Positions 43,129 through 54,351 are shown, numbered from the stretch's first letter. The stretch: DNA of 64,000 bases from Candidatus Gottesmanbacteria bacterium RIFCSPHIGHO2_01_FULL_46_14 (GCA_001780895.1 MFJJ01000010.1:898-64897), one strand, 5' to 3'. Notes: a model not told the origin generated them from the letters alone. Program-made: numbers and translations.

Positions 43129-44754
43129 ATGGAACGGATATTGGGAATTTTTTATCGAAGACAGGGAGGCATTGGATCGGCTGCGTTCGTTTTGGCGTCA
43201 ATGGTTCTTACATCGCGCGTATTTGGTCTCATCCGTGATCGCATGCTTGCTTCGCGTTTTGGACCTGATGAATTGGGGGTATATTTTGCGGCGTTTCGTA
43301 TCCCTAATCTCGTATTTGAGTTATTGGTGATGGGTGCACTTACTTCTTCGTTTATTCCGGTATTTACGAAATATCTTGCCACTAAGCGCGAGAATGACGC
43401 GTGGATCATGTCGTCAGTGCTCATTAATGTGAGTACGGTTATTTTGGCAGTTCTCGCGATCCCTCTCTTTATCTGGGCGGATGCGTTATGTAGAGTACTG
43501 GCACCAGGATTTAACAACGCACAACAAGCACAGATGGCGGTATTTACTCGGTTTCTCTTGTTGTTTCAGGTAGTACCGTTATGTATCGGCAATTATTTAA
43601 CCGGGATTTTGCAATCGTTTCGTTTGTTTTTGATTCCGGCTTTAGCGCCGGTTGTCTATAACGTTGGTATTATCGCAGGTATTTTCTTCCTCTCTCCTTC
43701 ATATGGTTTGATGGCACCGGTGATTGGAGTGGGGCTTGGAGCTCTCCTTTTTGTGATTATTCAATTGCCACTTTTATGGCATATCGGATATCGCTATACA
43801 CCGATATTTTCCTTATCTCACCGGGGGGTAGTAGAAGTAGCAAAGCTCGTAGGACCCAGAACGATCGGGCTCGCAGCCTCGCAAATAGATACAACGGTTG
43901 ATCTTATGTTAGCGAGTTTATTGGGAGCGAGGTATGTAACAATCTTTAATTTCGCCCAACATCTTCAGCAGCTTCCGGTAGGATTATTTGGCATCACGAT
44001 CGCACAAGCGGCATTACCGACATTGTCACTATCGTCAGCGTCGGAGGACCGAGCGCAATTTCATAAAATTATTTTATCGTCCCTTCATCAGATATTATTT
44101 TTTGTGCTTCCTATTTCTGCTCTCTTTATCGTGCTCCGAATCCCGGTGGTGCGTCTCGTTTTTGGTGCGTCTCATTTTGATTGGTCCGCAACGGTACTTA
44201 CCGGTATGACATTATCCACATTTAGTATTTCTCTGTTTGCGCAATCGATCGGGCAAGTTCTTGCGCGTGGATTTTATGCCCTCTACGATAGCAAAACTCC
44301 GGTAACGGTAAGCGTTGTAACGATAGTTTTAAACACCGTTTTATCTATCATATTTATTCGCTGGTTAGCCCTTCCCGTATGGTCGCTCGGTCTTTCTACA
44401 TCGATTGCAAGCATTATGTATGCAGGAGCACTTCTGATTCTTCTGGATAGGCGGTTGGGGACATTTCCCCGTCGGGAGTTACTTCTTCCTCCGCTCAAAA
44501 TGATTATGGCAGCTATCGTGATGGCGGGAATGCTCTATATACCACTCAAGCTTTTAGATCAGCTCGTTTTTGACACGACGCGAACAATGGGATTAATATT
44601 GTTGACCGGTATTGCGGGAGCGATTGGATTGTCTTCGTATCTTTTTCTTACGTGGGTATTTGGCGTTGGCGAGGTGCGATCGCTCATTACATTTGTAAAG
44701 AGATTGCGGAAGCAAGGAACTATTTTACTTGAACCGGCGAGTGAAGTTAGTTAA
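43129..44754 (+). CDS. murJ: lipid II flippase MurJ
   Basis: GLIRDRMLASRFG...AFRIPN(L) motif. 14 TM helices. 541 aa. Confidence 0.8.
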   Translation: MERILGIFYRRQGGIGSAAFVLASMVLTSRVFGLIRDRMLASRFGPDELGVYFAAFRIPNLVFELLVMGALTSSFIPVFTKYLATKRENDAWIMSSVLINVSTVILAVLAIPLFIWADALCRVLAPGFNNAQQAQMAVFTRFLLLFQVVPLCIGNYLTGILQSFRLFLIPALAPVVYNVGIIAGIFFLSPSYGLMAPVIGVGLGALLFVIIQLPLLWHIGYRYTPIFSLSHRGVVEVAKLVGPRTIGLAASQIDTTVDLMLASLLGARYVTIFNFAQHLQQLPVGLFGITIAQAALPTLSLSSASEDRAQFHKIILSSLHQILFFVLPISALFIVLRIPVVRLVFGASHFDWSATVLTGMTLSTFSISLFAQSIGQVLARGFYALYDSKTPVTVSVVTIVLNTVLSIIFIRWLALPVWSLGLSTSIASIMYAGALLILLDRRLGTFPRRELLLPPLKMIMAAIVMAGMLYIPLKLLDQLVFDTTRTMGLILLTGIAGAIGLSSYLFLTWVFGVGEVRSLITFVKRLRKQGTILLEPASEVS

Positions 44755-45914
44755 GGTGATGGTGGTTGTTCTGGTACAAATGGACTTGCTTCACTGGCCG
44801 TCTGTGTTTCGTTCGTTGGCCCCGATTCAATCGGGGTTGGCGGAATGTACGGAGGAGGCGGATTCATCCTTCGACGGATGATGATGAAGATACCAATCGC
44901 AGTTGTCAGTCCAAGTATGATCCAGATCCATGCTCCGAGACCACCTTTGGCAACCGTGAAGTCATCCGTATACGTCGTACTTACACCATTAATATCAGTT
45001 GCCGTGACGCGGAGTTGTTTTGCTCCGGGAGTAAGTTTTTGAGTAATGATATAGCGCCATTGACCATTTTCATCCGCCGTTGCGGTGCCAAAAATTCCAT
45101 CTGGAGAGATTTCGATCGTAATTTGTGCATTGGGTGAGGATGATCCGCTTATCGTAAAACTTGAGGGTGATTCTTTTTTGCTATTGGTAAATGAGGTGAC
45201 CGTCAGTGTCGGTGGTTCTGATGCAATAAATGGAGTCGGCGTGAGTGTGGGCAAGAGCACCAGAGTCGGACTTGCAGTTGCAATTGGTGTTGTTGTGGGA
45301 CGACGTGTTGGAGTAATCGTCGGCCGTCGGGTTGGCGTGACTGTTGGTCGAAATCCACCAACGCCTGATGTAGGGGTGGGTGTATTGGTTGGAGTGTTGG
45401 TAGGAGAAGATGTTGGCGTGTTGGTTGGAGTGTTGGCCGGTGTTAGGCTAGGAGTTGGGCTGCCCGTCGGCGTTAGGGTTGGTGTGCTGGTTGGTGTTGC
45501 GGTAGCCTGTGACAGAGGAGGAAATTTAAATTTTTTGGAAACTGCATCGTAACAATTGGGATCGGTGACGATCAAAGGATCGTTGGTCTTCCCAGCGCCT
45601 GCCTCAAGGCTCTTCCATTCGTAGACGTTGCCGGAGGGAAGTATGTAATACCATATACTCTTTTTATTCCAAAACCACTTTTCTTTAAGACCACCCCAAT
45701 TGCGGAAAATACCGTCGGGGTGAATCGTCAAAGGGCTACCAGAAGAGAGTGCATTGACGGTGATTTGGCAGGGGACGGGCAATGGGGTTGGTTCGGCAGC
45801 CCGGTTGCGAATATCTTGTTGTTGCTGTGTGACAAAAACTCCTGCAATTAAACCCAAACCGGCAATGAGCAGTGCGATAAACAGCAAATATTCTTTTTTG
45901 AGAAGTTTTTTCAT
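44751..45914 (-). CDS. Pro/Thr-rich surface protein with Ig-like domain and C-terminal TM anchor
   Basis: N-terminal TM helix, long (T/P) tract, Ig-like block, C-terminal hydrophobic helix followed by a basic tail. Confidence 0.4.
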   Translation of the reverse strand: MKKLLKKEYLLFIALLIAGLGLIAGVFVTQQQQDIRNRAAEPTPLPVPCQITVNALSSGSPLTIHPDGIFRNWGGLKEKWFWNKKSIWYYILPSGNVYEWKSLEAGAGKTNDPLIVTDPNCYDAVSKKFKFPPLSQATATPTSTPTLTPTGSPTPSLTPANTPTNTPTSSPTNTPTNTPTPTSGVGGFRPTVTPTRRPTITPTRRPTTTPIATASPTLVLLPTLTPTPFIASEPPTLTVTSFTNSKKESPSSFTISGSSSPNAQITIEISPDGIFGTATADENGQWRYIITQKLTPGAKQLRVTATDINGVSTTYTDDFTVAKGGLGAWIWIILGLTTAIGIFIIIRRRMNPPPPYIPPTPIESGPTNETQTASEASPFVPEQPPSP

Positions 45915-47329
45915 GGTGCTCGGGTAACTTCCAATATAACGATGCTTTGTGCTGGCATGAGTATTTGTTTTTTTAGTCTATCACTCGTGACTATCTCTTG
46001 CGTGGACGTATTTTGTCCAAGAAAATACCTTTGCCTTATAGTGTATGTTCCCGGACTAAGATTCGTCAATGTGATAGGTACTGTTTCCGTGTGGCTGCCG
46101 TAGGGATCGAAATTAACCAGAAGTACTTTTATGGTTCCCTCCAGTACACTTGCATAACCCATTACCCACGTGCCTTCGCCAGTAAGGTTGAGTCTCGTTC
46201 CTGCCATGCCATCGAGGAAGTTGTAGACTGAATATCTGGGTTTGGTTCGTTTACCGTTACCCTCATGGGTGATGAGGCCCCATCCGTTGCCATCTTCCTG
46301 ACCCGGTCCGTCTTTTAACTGAAAAGAGAAAAGATAATCGGGGCCTCCGGAAATAAGTTGCCTAACAACGGCAGCAGTGTGGGCTGCAGCAAACATCGTG
46401 CCGTAGCGTTTGTCTTTATTACCAGTAAAACCTGCTTCTGTTATGAGAGTAGGGATAAGCGTAAATTGTGGGAAGGGGAGAAGCCAGGAGATGAGGTTTC
46501 TCTGATCTTGTTCAAATCTCCGTGGATCTTCAAGATAGGAATGCCATGAGAGAAAATCGACGCGGTTGCCGCTGGTTACCAGTGCCGTGATCCAGCTTTT
46601 GTATAGTCCGGTTGTTGCCGGTCCGCCTAAATAAAATGTGTTTGTATTTGAGGCGCGCCGCGCGCCGACAGAAGCATACCGATACAATTGAAGATAGCTT
46701 TTTTCTCCGCCAACCTTCCAGCTTCCAAACTGTGCCAAATCCGGTTCATTCCAGACTTCATAATAGACACCGCTCACGTTTTTTTCTGATCTGCCGCTAT
46801 AATGCTCGATCGTTTTTTGAACCACGAGTGCCCATTCGTCCCAATTATTCGGTGGATTGATAAGGCTTCCGCCTTGAGCAATAGCGGGAGGCATGAAAGA
46901 AAGGACGAGCATGGGTTTGGCACCGGTAGCCAGAATCGTGTTGACAGAACGGTCGAGCGAGGAAAAATCAAATGTCAGTTGATCGCCCGATCGCCCAACG
47001 ACGTTGTGATGATCATAGATATGGTCAATACGAATAATTTTTGGCCGTAATGCGGAAACCTCGCCTGCAATGGGAGCAAGCATATCTGTAGATTCTTCAC
47101 CTCCCTGAGAAAATGTGTGATAGAAGGCTGTGGGGATTGGTTCAAGCGTTGCTTTTGTATCAACAATGATATTGGCGGATTTTCCCGTTGCACGCGAGAC
47201 AAGAATGACCGTTTGATATGCGCCAAAAAGAAGAAATGGTAAAAAGAGGAGAAGTGCTGCAAGAGACACGAGAGAAGAGGTGCGCGGGGAAACCTGTTTA
47301 ATAAGATAGTTTTCCATAGACAATACCAA
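45911..47329 (-). CDS. glycoside hydrolase, GH5/GH39-like TIM-barrel
   Basis: YYEVWNEPD, the NEP catalytic acid/base motif of clan GH-A. N-terminal TM anchor. Confidence 0.5.
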   Translation of the reverse strand: MVLSMENYLIKQVSPRTSSLVSLAALLLFLPFLLFGAYQTVILVSRATGKSANIIVDTKATLEPIPTAFYHTFSQGGEESTDMLAPIAGEVSALRPKIIRIDHIYDHHNVVGRSGDQLTFDFSSLDRSVNTILATGAKPMLVLSFMPPAIAQGGSLINPPNNWDEWALVVQKTIEHYSGRSEKNVSGVYYEVWNEPDLAQFGSWKVGGEKSYLQLYRYASVGARRASNTNTFYLGGPATTGLYKSWITALVTSGNRVDFLSWHSYLEDPRRFEQDQRNLISWLLPFPQFTLIPTLITEAGFTGNKDKRYGTMFAAAHTAAVVRQLISGGPDYLFSFQLKDGPGQEDGNGWGLITHEGNGKRTKPRYSVYNFLDGMAGTRLNLTGEGTWVMGYASVLEGTIKVLLVNFDPYGSHTETVPITLTNLSPGTYTIRQRYFLGQNTSTQEIVTSDRLKKQILMPAQSIVILEVTRAP

Positions 47330-48284
47330 AACTGATAAGGATTAACGCTAAAGTTATGACTAAAATTGTCGGCTCTGCGCTGCCGGAAACCGGTACCCCG
47401 GAGTCTGTGGCAACAACAAATGATTCGGTGGCCGTGTCGCTGCCGTCGCCAGCTGTGGCGACAATGGTATGGGGACCGGGTTCGAGTGGAGTTTGGGGTG
47501 TATATACCCAATTGCCGTTGGCGTCTGCAGTGACGATAACGGTGGATGGGGTCGAGTAAATCGTGAGAGTAACTTTTGAACCGGGAGCGGCCTTTCCTTT
47601 GATCGTTGGTCTGTCGCGTTGCGCTGCGGAGCTCGCTGTGGGTGTCGTAATATCCAAAACAGCGGAAGCGGAGGCTTCAGCTGAGAGAGAGGCATCTATT
47701 TCATCGTTGAGACTAAGACTTGCCGAGGGGGTTGCGGCCGGTCCTGTACGGTCAGTCGATGCCCCCGTAATCGTAATTTTTCCCGGCGTCGTACCGGTCA
47801 ATACATTTGTCGATCCTTCTCCAAGGCCACTTACGAGCGTAGTACTTGCAAAACTTACGGTAATCGGTGTACTCGTGGGAGCAAGCGCTTTAAATCGGAC
47901 AACCGCTACTGTTCCCTGGCCATGAACCGGTTGGGCATTGCTGGGCGCTCCGACCGTGATGGACGCTGTACCTGCCTCCACAAGTCCCGACGTTAAGACG
48001 TTGGGGAAAAGGGCGCCGTTGGTAAGCGTAATCGCCTCAAGTTTTTCCGGATCAAAGGCGATATGGAGCTCAGTTGCAATTACCTGGTTGTCGCCGGTAT
48101 TGATATGCACTTCCATAGAAAATTCACTCCCAACCGCTTTGGCGGTTGATGCCGGAGAAAAAGCAAGCGTCGTGGCTGGCGCTGCTTTTTTGCGCAACTC
48201 CTGTCTCTGAGAGACCAAATAAATCGTTACTGGTATTGCGACCATGACGACAAGAATACTCACCATAAGAAGGAGTTTTTTCAT
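47298..48284 (-). CDS. surface protein with cohesin/Ig-like domains, C-terminal TM anchor
   Basis: Signal/TM segment, two beta-sandwich-like blocks, C-terminal hydrophobic helix. Confidence 0.3.
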   Translation of the reverse strand: MKKLLLMVSILVVMVAIPVTIYLVSQRQELRKKAAPATTLAFSPASTAKAVGSEFSMEVHINTGDNQVIATELHIAFDPEKLEAITLTNGALFPNVLTSGLVEAGTASITVGAPSNAQPVHGQGTVAVVRFKALAPTSTPITVSFASTTLVSGLGEGSTNVLTGTTPGKITITGASTDRTGPAATPSASLSLNDEIDASLSAEASASAVLDITTPTASSAAQRDRPTIKGKAAPGSKVTLTIYSTPSTVIVTADANGNWVYTPQTPLEPGPHTIVATAGDGSDTATESFVVATDSGVPVSGSAEPTILVITLALILISFGIVYGKLSY

Positions 48285-48315
48285 CTATAAACTATTATGT
48301 GTGAAAAAATCTCTA

Positions 48316-48344
48316 TTGACAAGGGTTAGCACTCGATGTATAGT
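48316..48344 (+). promoter_or_regulatory. sigma70-like promoter (TTGACA-17 bp-TATAGT) of the hrcA operon
   Basis: TTGACA at about 48316-48321 and TATAGT at about 48339-48344. It overlaps CIRCE. Confidence 0.5.
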
Positions 48345-48352
48345 ACTGCTAA
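48326..48352 (+). promoter_or_regulatory. CIRCE operator (TTAGCACTC-N9-TACTGCTAA)
   Basis: Matches the CIRCE consensus TTAGCACTC-N9-GAGTGCTAA with 2 mismatches. It lies 10 nt upstream of hrcA. Confidence 0.65.
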
Positions 48353-48361
48353 TTCTAGATT

Positions 48362-49096
48362 ATGGATCAAATATCCAATCTTTCAGACCGTCAACTTCAT
48401 ATCCTCAAAGCAATTATCGAGGAATATATTGCAACTGCACAACCCGTTGGTTCAGAGACGCTCGATAAAAAGTACAACCTGGGAGTTTCTCCTGCAACTA
48501 TCCGCAATGAAATGGCCCGGCTTGCTGATATGAAGCTCCTCAACCAGCCCCACACGTCTGCGGGTCGAACACCCACCCCGGTAGCACTCAAGTATTACGT
48601 CGAAAACCTCATGAAAACCAAAGATATGTCCGTGGCAGATGAAGTTTCCGTCAAAGAAAAGATTTGGGATTACCGGCAGGAAGTGGATAAACTCCTTCGG
48701 GAGGCAACCAAGACGTTGGCGGAAAAAACAAAAGCACTTGCTGTTACTGCAACTGGTGATGGAGACCTCTATTACTCGGGAGCCGCCAATATCCTTGACA
48801 TGCCCGAATTTTACGACTTTGAGCTCACCCATCATTTATTGGCAGCGCTGGACCGATATGATTTTTGGTGGGACCTTCTGGAAGCCAATCAAGATCCGTT
48901 CTCTATTCTTCTTGGCGAAGAGTTTGGAGCGCGCAGTATGCTTGATCAATGCGGCTATGTCTACGCAAAGTTTACAACGCCGCATTTATCCGGATCAATC
49001 GGCGTCGTTGGCCCTTCCAGATTAAACTATCAATATGTTATTCCTGTTGTTCGCTATTTAGGTGGACTCATCGATGAAATGGGGAGAAACTGGTGA
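48362..49096 (+). CDS. hrcA: heat-inducible transcription repressor HrcA
   Basis: LSDRQLHILKAIIEEYIATAQPVGSETL start. 244 aa. Confidence 0.8.
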   Translation: MDQISNLSDRQLHILKAIIEEYIATAQPVGSETLDKKYNLGVSPATIRNEMARLADMKLLNQPHTSAGRTPTPVALKYYVENLMKTKDMSVADEVSVKEKIWDYRQEVDKLLREATKTLAEKTKALAVTATGDGDLYYSGAANILDMPEFYDFELTHHLLAALDRYDFWWDLLEANQDPFSILLGEEFGARSMLDQCGYVYAKFTTPHLSGSIGVVGPSRLNYQYVIPVVRYLGGLIDEMGRNW

Positions 49097-49506
49097 AAAA
49101 ACAAGTCGATCAACCCAGTGAAGAATGGAAAAATAAATATTTGCGGGCGCTTGCTGATTATCAGAACCTTGAGAAACGCACGCGCGATGAAATTGGTGAA
49201 GTAAGAAAATTTGCCTCCGAAGTGGTTTTAGCGAGATTGCTGCCCGTTGTAGATACATTGAAAAAGGCCAAGGATCATATTAAGGATCCCGGATTAGATT
49301 TAACATATAAGGAACTCCTTGCTGTTCTTGAAGAGCAGGGAGTTGAAAAAATTGAGATCGTCGGGCGTCAATTTAACCCGCATGAAATGGAATGTATAGA
49401 GGTTATTGAGGGTAAAAACGACGAAGTCGTCGAAGAGGTATTGCCAGGATATCGATTTAGAGGGAAAATAATAAGAGTGGCCCAGGTAAAAGTAGGAAAG
49501 GAGTAA
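49093..49506 (+). CDS. grpE: nucleotide exchange factor GrpE
   Basis: [14 protein letters not shown] motif. 137 aa. Confidence 0.8.
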   Translation: MKKQVDQPSEEWKNKYLRALADYQNLEKRTRDEIGEVRKFASEVVLARLLPVVDTLKKAKDHIKDPGLDLTYKELLAVLEEQGVEKIEIVGRQFNPHEMECIEVIEGKNDEVVEEVLPGYRFRGKIIRVAQVKVGKE

Positions 49507-49513
49507 AAAATAT

Positions 49514-51421
49514 ATGGCAAAAATAATTGGTATAGATCTTGGAACGACAAATTCCTGTGTTGCAGTTATGGAGGGGGGAGCTCCCAAAGTGATTCATTCC
49601 GCCGAGGGGAGAAACGTTATCCCCTCTGTCGTTGATCCCATCAAAAATATTGTTGGGGATGTAGCAAAGCGGCAGATGGTGATTAACCCGAAGTCGACGA
49701 TATTTTCCGTCAAGCGCTTGATGGGGCGAAAGTACTCTGATTCAAGCGTTCAGACTGACAGTAAGTGGCTTCCGTATACGATAAAAGCTGGAAAGAATGA
49801 TATGGCCGTTGTGGAAGTGGAAGGTCGCCAGTTTACGCCACAGGAAATTTCAGCAAAAATTCTTTCTAAAATCAAAGCTGATGCCGAGAAATATTTGGGG
49901 GATACCGTCAAGCAAGCGGTCATTACGGTTCCTGCCTATTTTGATGACAGTCAGCGGCAAGCAACCAAACAGGCGGGTGAGATTGCCGGGCTTGAAGTCC
50001 TTCGTATTCTCAATGAGCCTACGGCAGCAGCCCTTGCGTATGGGTTAGATAAGAAAAATGTTCATACGATTGCCGTCTATGATTTGGGTGGCGGCACGTT
50101 TGACATTTCTATTTTAGAGCTGGGTGAGGGGGTCTATGAAGTAAAAGCCACCAACGGCGATACGCATCTAGGCGGCGATGATTTTGACAAAAAGATTTTG
50201 GATTGGATTGCAGATGAGTTTAAGAAAGAACACGGTGTCGATTTGCGAAAAGATCCGCAGGCCCTCCAAAGACTTCGCGACGCGGCAGAGAAAGCAAAGA
50301 TCGAACTCTCTAGCTCAATGGAAACCGAGATTAATCTTCCGTTCATAACCCAGGGCAAAGAAGGGCCGCTCCATTTAGTGATGAAGCTCTCGCGGTCTAA
50401 GCTCGAGCAAATTGTTGACGACCTCATCGTTAAATCCATTGAACCGGTTAAAAAGTGTCTGTCAGACGCCAAAATGAAAACGAGCGATATTAGCGAAGTG
50501 GTTATGGTTGGAGGAATGACGCGGATGCCCAAGGTTTTTGAGACGGTCAAGAGTTTTTTTGGTAAGGATCCCAATCGGTCTGTTAACCCAGATGAAGTGG
50601 TTGCAGTCGGCGCGGCGGTACAGGCAGGAGTCTTGGCTGGCGACGTGAAGGACGTCGTTTTACTTGATGTAACGCCATTGACATTGGGCGTAGAGACGCT
50701 TGGCGGCGTATCGACACCGCTTATCGTCAGAAACACCACGGTTCCGACGAGCAAATCAGAGATTTTTTCAACAGCCGCTGATAGCCAGACATCGGTTGAA
50801 ATTAATGTCCTTCAGGGAGAGCGACCGATGGCAGCAGACAATAAATCGCTCGGACGATTTGTGCTTTCGGGTATTCCGCCGGCGCCTCGCGGGGTTCCGC
50901 AGGTCGAGGTTACCTTTGATATCGACGCAAGTGGAATTCTTAATGTGACGGCCAAAGACAAGGCAAGCGGCAAGGTCAGTACGATAAAGATTACCGGATC
51001 AACCGGTCTATCCAAAGACGAAGTTAGTAAGATGAGGAAAGAGGCAGAGGAGCATGCTGCGGAAGACACAGAGAAAAAAGAAAAGATCGAGGTCAGAAAC
51101 CGCGCTGACAATTTGATATATACGGCCGAGAAGACATTGAAAGATATGGGTGACAAGGTCAAAGAAGAAGATAAGAAGGCTGTTGAAGAGAAGAGCAAAG
51201 CGCTCAAAGATATCTTGGAGACGGGATCAAGGGAGGATATTGAAGCCAAAACCAATGAACTGTCTGAAGCGGTCCAAAAAGTCGGCGCCGCAGCGTACGC
51301 GCAGCAGCCAGCTGACAGCTCCCAGCAATCAGCAGGACAAACCGATGATTCTGGAAATGGAAAGAAAAAAGACGAGAAAAAAGATGAAAAGAAAGTGGAG
51401 GAAGGGGAAGTGGTGAGCTAA
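49514..51421 (+). CDS. dnaK: molecular chaperone DnaK
   Basis: [14 protein letters not shown] and DLGGGTFD motifs. 635 aa. Confidence 0.95.
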   Translation: MAKIIGIDLGTTNSCVAVMEGGAPKVIHSAEGRNVIPSVVDPIKNIVGDVAKRQMVINPKSTIFSVKRLMGRKYSDSSVQTDSKWLPYTIKAGKNDMAVVEVEGRQFTPQEISAKILSKIKADAEKYLGDTVKQAVITVPAYFDDSQRQATKQAGEIAGLEVLRILNEPTAAALAYGLDKKNVHTIAVYDLGGGTFDISILELGEGVYEVKATNGDTHLGGDDFDKKILDWIADEFKKEHGVDLRKDPQALQRLRDAAEKAKIELSSSMETEINLPFITQGKEGPLHLVMKLSRSKLEQIVDDLIVKSIEPVKKCLSDAKMKTSDISEVVMVGGMTRMPKVFETVKSFFGKDPNRSVNPDEVVAVGAAVQAGVLAGDVKDVVLLDVTPLTLGVETLGGVSTPLIVRNTTVPTSKSEIFSTAADSQTSVEINVLQGERPMAADNKSLGRFVLSGIPPAPRGVPQVEVTFDIDASGILNVTAKDKASGKVSTIKITGSTGLSKDEVSKMRKEAEEHAAEDTEKKEKIEVRNRADNLIYTAEKTLKDMGDKVKEEDKKAVEEKSKALKDILETGSREDIEAKTNELSEAVQKVGAAAYAQQPADSSQQSAGQTDDSGNGKKKDEKKDEKKVEEGEVVS

Positions 51422-51721
51422 AATATGGAACGATCTCTAGTTGCTCTTACTCCAGAGAAGGCATCAAATCAGTTATTCCAATTAGGGTACGATAAAATTG
51501 AGAATGTACCAGTTGGTAGGGGTAATGATTATCTAACAGCTTTGGTAAAAATAGCGGGGGGGGGGCATATCAAGGTATTGATATAGGTACAGTAATGAAA
51601 ATTATTCATACTGAAAATAACGCGAGAGAAAATACACAGGACAGACCGTAAGAAAAACTATTGTAAGATGTTAGGGCGCGCGGGAGCGCGCCTATTTAGT
51701 ATAATTAAAGAAATTTTGGAT

Positions 51722-52243
51722 ATGAAAAAACAAAAACGCCGTGTTGTCTATTCATTTATAGACAGTCAAAACTTGAACCTCGGTACAAGCAAGGACATCA
51801 ATCGTCAAGGAAAACGGATTTATACTGGCTGGAAACTTGACTTTAAAAAATTCAGACAGTATCTCAAGGACAAGTTCCGCGTAAATAAAGCCTTTTTATT
51901 CATTGGTTACATTCCCCAACATAAACCATTGTATAGATATCTCCGTTCTTGTGGATATGAAATGGTATACAAACCGACAGTGAAAGATGATCAAGGAAAA
52001 CCAAAAGGAAATGTTGATGCAGAACTCGTACTTCATGCCGCAGCCATTGAATTTACACGGTATGAAAAGGCAGTCATTGTTGCAGGCGACGGTGATTATC
52101 GGTGTCTTTATGAGTTTCTGATAAAACGTGGCAAACTGCTTCGAATTGTTATCCCAAATTCAAAGACTGAGTCGTCACTTCTTAAGCCTTTCCAAGCGTA
52201 CAAAACGTTTCTTGAAAATGAGAAGCAAAAGTTAAAGATCTAA
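51722..52243 (+). CDS. NYN domain (LabA-like, PIN-related) protein
   Basis: VDAELVLHAA...VIVAGDGDY motifs. Start trimmed to MKKQKRR, which is preceded by TATAAT. Confidence 0.5.
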   Translation: MKKQKRRVVYSFIDSQNLNLGTSKDINRQGKRIYTGWKLDFKKFRQYLKDKFRVNKAFLFIGYIPQHKPLYRYLRSCGYEMVYKPTVKDDQGKPKGNVDAELVLHAAAIEFTRYEKAVIVAGDGDYRCLYEFLIKRGKLLRIVIPNSKTESSLLKPFQAYKTFLENEKQKLKI

Positions 52244-52362
52244 CCATTAAAATTGGGAGGCGTTACTTATAACACGTAGTCATAAGCTCGTTTCTCCCTG
52301 ATGATGAATCTATTATATAACACAAAAGCAAGTAAATCAAAATATCCATAAATTTACGTATT

Positions 52363-53244
52363 ATGGCAACAAAAAGAGATTACTATGAAGTTTTAGGGGT
52401 TTCGAAGAATGCTTCAAGCGCAGAAATTAAGGCTGCATACAGGAAACTTGCGCTGGAGTGGCATCCGGATAGGAACAAAGCGGCCAATGCCAACGAAAAA
52501 TTTAAAGAGATTAATGAAGCCTACGCGGTGCTTTCTGATGATAAAAAAAAGCAAACGTATGACCAGTTCGGACATGCTGCCTTTCAGCCGGGAATGGGGG
52601 GGCAGTCCCGCGAAGCGGGATCCGGCTTCGCCGGACAAGGTCCTTTTTCCTATTATTATTCCACCAATGGTGGCGCTTCGCCGTTTGGTGACATAGGCCT
52701 CGATCCGTTTGAAATTTTTGAACAATTCTTTGGCGGCGGTTTCGGACGAACGTCCGCCCGTCGGCAAAGACAGGTCTATGAGATTAATATCGATTTTATG
52801 GAAGCGGCAAAAGGCGTTACTAAAGAGGTTCATGTGCCGCGAGGTCAGGCAGGGGATGGGTCAGTCAGAAAAACGATTAAGATTCCGGCTGGTGTTGATT
52901 CCGGCTCGCGCGTTCGTTTTGACGACTTTGACATCGTTGTTGATGTAGTACCAGACAAGCAATTTAAGCGCGAAGGTGACGATATCATCGTTGAAAAAGA
53001 GATTTCCTACTCCCAAGCTGCTCTTGGAGATACGATTGAAGTGCCGACTATTGATGGAGGGCTCCATATTCGCATTCAACCCGGTACCCGACCCGGCACA
53101 CTTATTCGCCTTCGCGGTCGAGGCGTCCCGCATGTTGGTGGCTCGGGTCGCGGCGACGAATACGTCCGCATCCAAATCAAAATCCCCACGCACCTCTCGC
53201 GTCGTCAGCGTGAACTCCTCGAAGAACTTGAGGAGATTGACTGA
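52363..53244 (+). CDS. dnaJ: DnaJ-family co-chaperone lacking the zinc-finger domain
   Basis: J domain (DYYEVLGV...HPDRN), G/F region, two C-terminal beta-sandwich domains, and no CxxCxGxG repeats. Confidence 0.8.
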   Translation: MATKRDYYEVLGVSKNASSAEIKAAYRKLALEWHPDRNKAANANEKFKEINEAYAVLSDDKKKQTYDQFGHAAFQPGMGGQSREAGSGFAGQGPFSYYYSTNGGASPFGDIGLDPFEIFEQFFGGGFGRTSARRQRQVYEINIDFMEAAKGVTKEVHVPRGQAGDGSVRKTIKIPAGVDSGSRVRFDDFDIVVDVVPDKQFKREGDDIIVEKEISYSQAALGDTIEVPTIDGGLHIRIQPGTRPGTLIRLRGRGVPHVGGSGRGDEYVRIQIKIPTHLSRRQRELLEELEEID

Positions 53245-53287
53245 ACGCATGTAGGCGCTATATAATAAGGAAGTGTTTTGAGGAAAA

Positions 53288-53309
53288 GGTGGGATAGCCC
53301 ACCTTTTTT
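53288..53309 (+). terminator. intrinsic terminator GGTGGG-ATAG-CCCACC-TTTTTT between dnaJ and nusA
   Basis: 6-bp GC-rich stem, 4-nt loop, and a 6-T run. Confidence 0.65.
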
Positions 53310-53322
53310 ATTAAGAAAACCT

Positions 53323-54351
53323 ATGCCAGCAATCGTACGAAGTGAATTTGCATTAGCCTTAAATCAAGTCGCCACAGAGCGTGGGATTGATCCATCTGTG
53401 GTTCTCGAGACGATTAAGGCCGCTATTTTGGCTGCCTATCGAAAAGACTACGGGGCTGAAGAGCTCGAGCTTTTGACCGTGGATCTCAACCCCGATACGG
53501 GTGAATCGAAGGTACTCAAAGAAGGCCGCGACGTAACCCCACCAGGTTTTGGCCGTATTGCCGCCCAAACTGCTAAGCAAGTGATTCTCCAACGCATCCG
53601 TGAAGCAGAAAAACAAGCGGTATTAGCTGATTTTCAGACAAAGGTAGGTTCGATTGTGCCTGGTATGGTGCTTCGCTTTGACGGGCCGAACGTGATTGTT
53701 GATATAGGTCGTACGCAGGCAGTCATGCCGCCCCAAGAGCAAAATCAGGGAGAGCGGTATCACCTCAATGGTCGTCTCACTTTTTATATCGAGGGTATCC
53801 GCGAGACGATGCGCGGTAATGAGATCATCGTTTCCCGAGCACACAAAGGACTTGTTGAGGGACTGTTTAAGCGGGAAGTGCCGGAAGTAGCTTCAGGAGC
53901 AGTAGAACTTCGTGTTATAGCCAGAGAACCCGGCGGAAGAACAAAAGTCGCGGTATATTCTACCCAATCAGGTGTTGATCCCGTGGGATCTTGTGTTGGA
54001 CAAAAAGGTGTTCGCGTTCAGGCGGTCATTGGTGAGCTTGGCATTAATGAAAAGGTTGATATTATCCAGTGGAGCGATGATGCCCATCAGCTGATTACCG
54101 CAGCGTTGGCTCCGGCAAAAGATCTTGAGGTTATTTTAAACGAAAAAAAGAAATCAGCAGAAGTACTTGTGCCGGAAGATCAACTTTCATTAGCCATTGG
54201 TCGTGATGGGCAGAACGTTCGTTTAGCCGCAAAGCTCACGGGTTGGAAAATCGATATACGAGGAAAAGGCGGCAAAGCGGCATCAACGCAAAATACGAAC
54301 GATGATACTGCAGATCCCAAAAACAAGAAAAAAAAGCCAGCAAGCGAGTAG
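53323..54351 (+). CDS. nusA: transcription termination/antitermination factor NusA
   Basis: S1 and KH domain pattern. GRDGQNVRLA block. Start trimmed to MPAIVR. Confidence 0.85.
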   Translation: MPAIVRSEFALALNQVATERGIDPSVVLETIKAAILAAYRKDYGAEELELLTVDLNPDTGESKVLKEGRDVTPPGFGRIAAQTAKQVILQRIREAEKQAVLADFQTKVGSIVPGMVLRFDGPNVIVDIGRTQAVMPPQEQNQGERYHLNGRLTFYIEGIRETMRGNEIIVSRAHKGLVEGLFKREVPEVASGAVELRVIAREPGGRTKVAVYSTQSGVDPVGSCVGQKGVRVQAVIGELGINEKVDIIQWSDDAHQLITAALAPAKDLEVILNEKKKSAEVLVPEDQLSLAIGRDGQNVRLAAKLTGWKIDIRGKGGKAASTQNTNDDTADPKNKKKKPASE

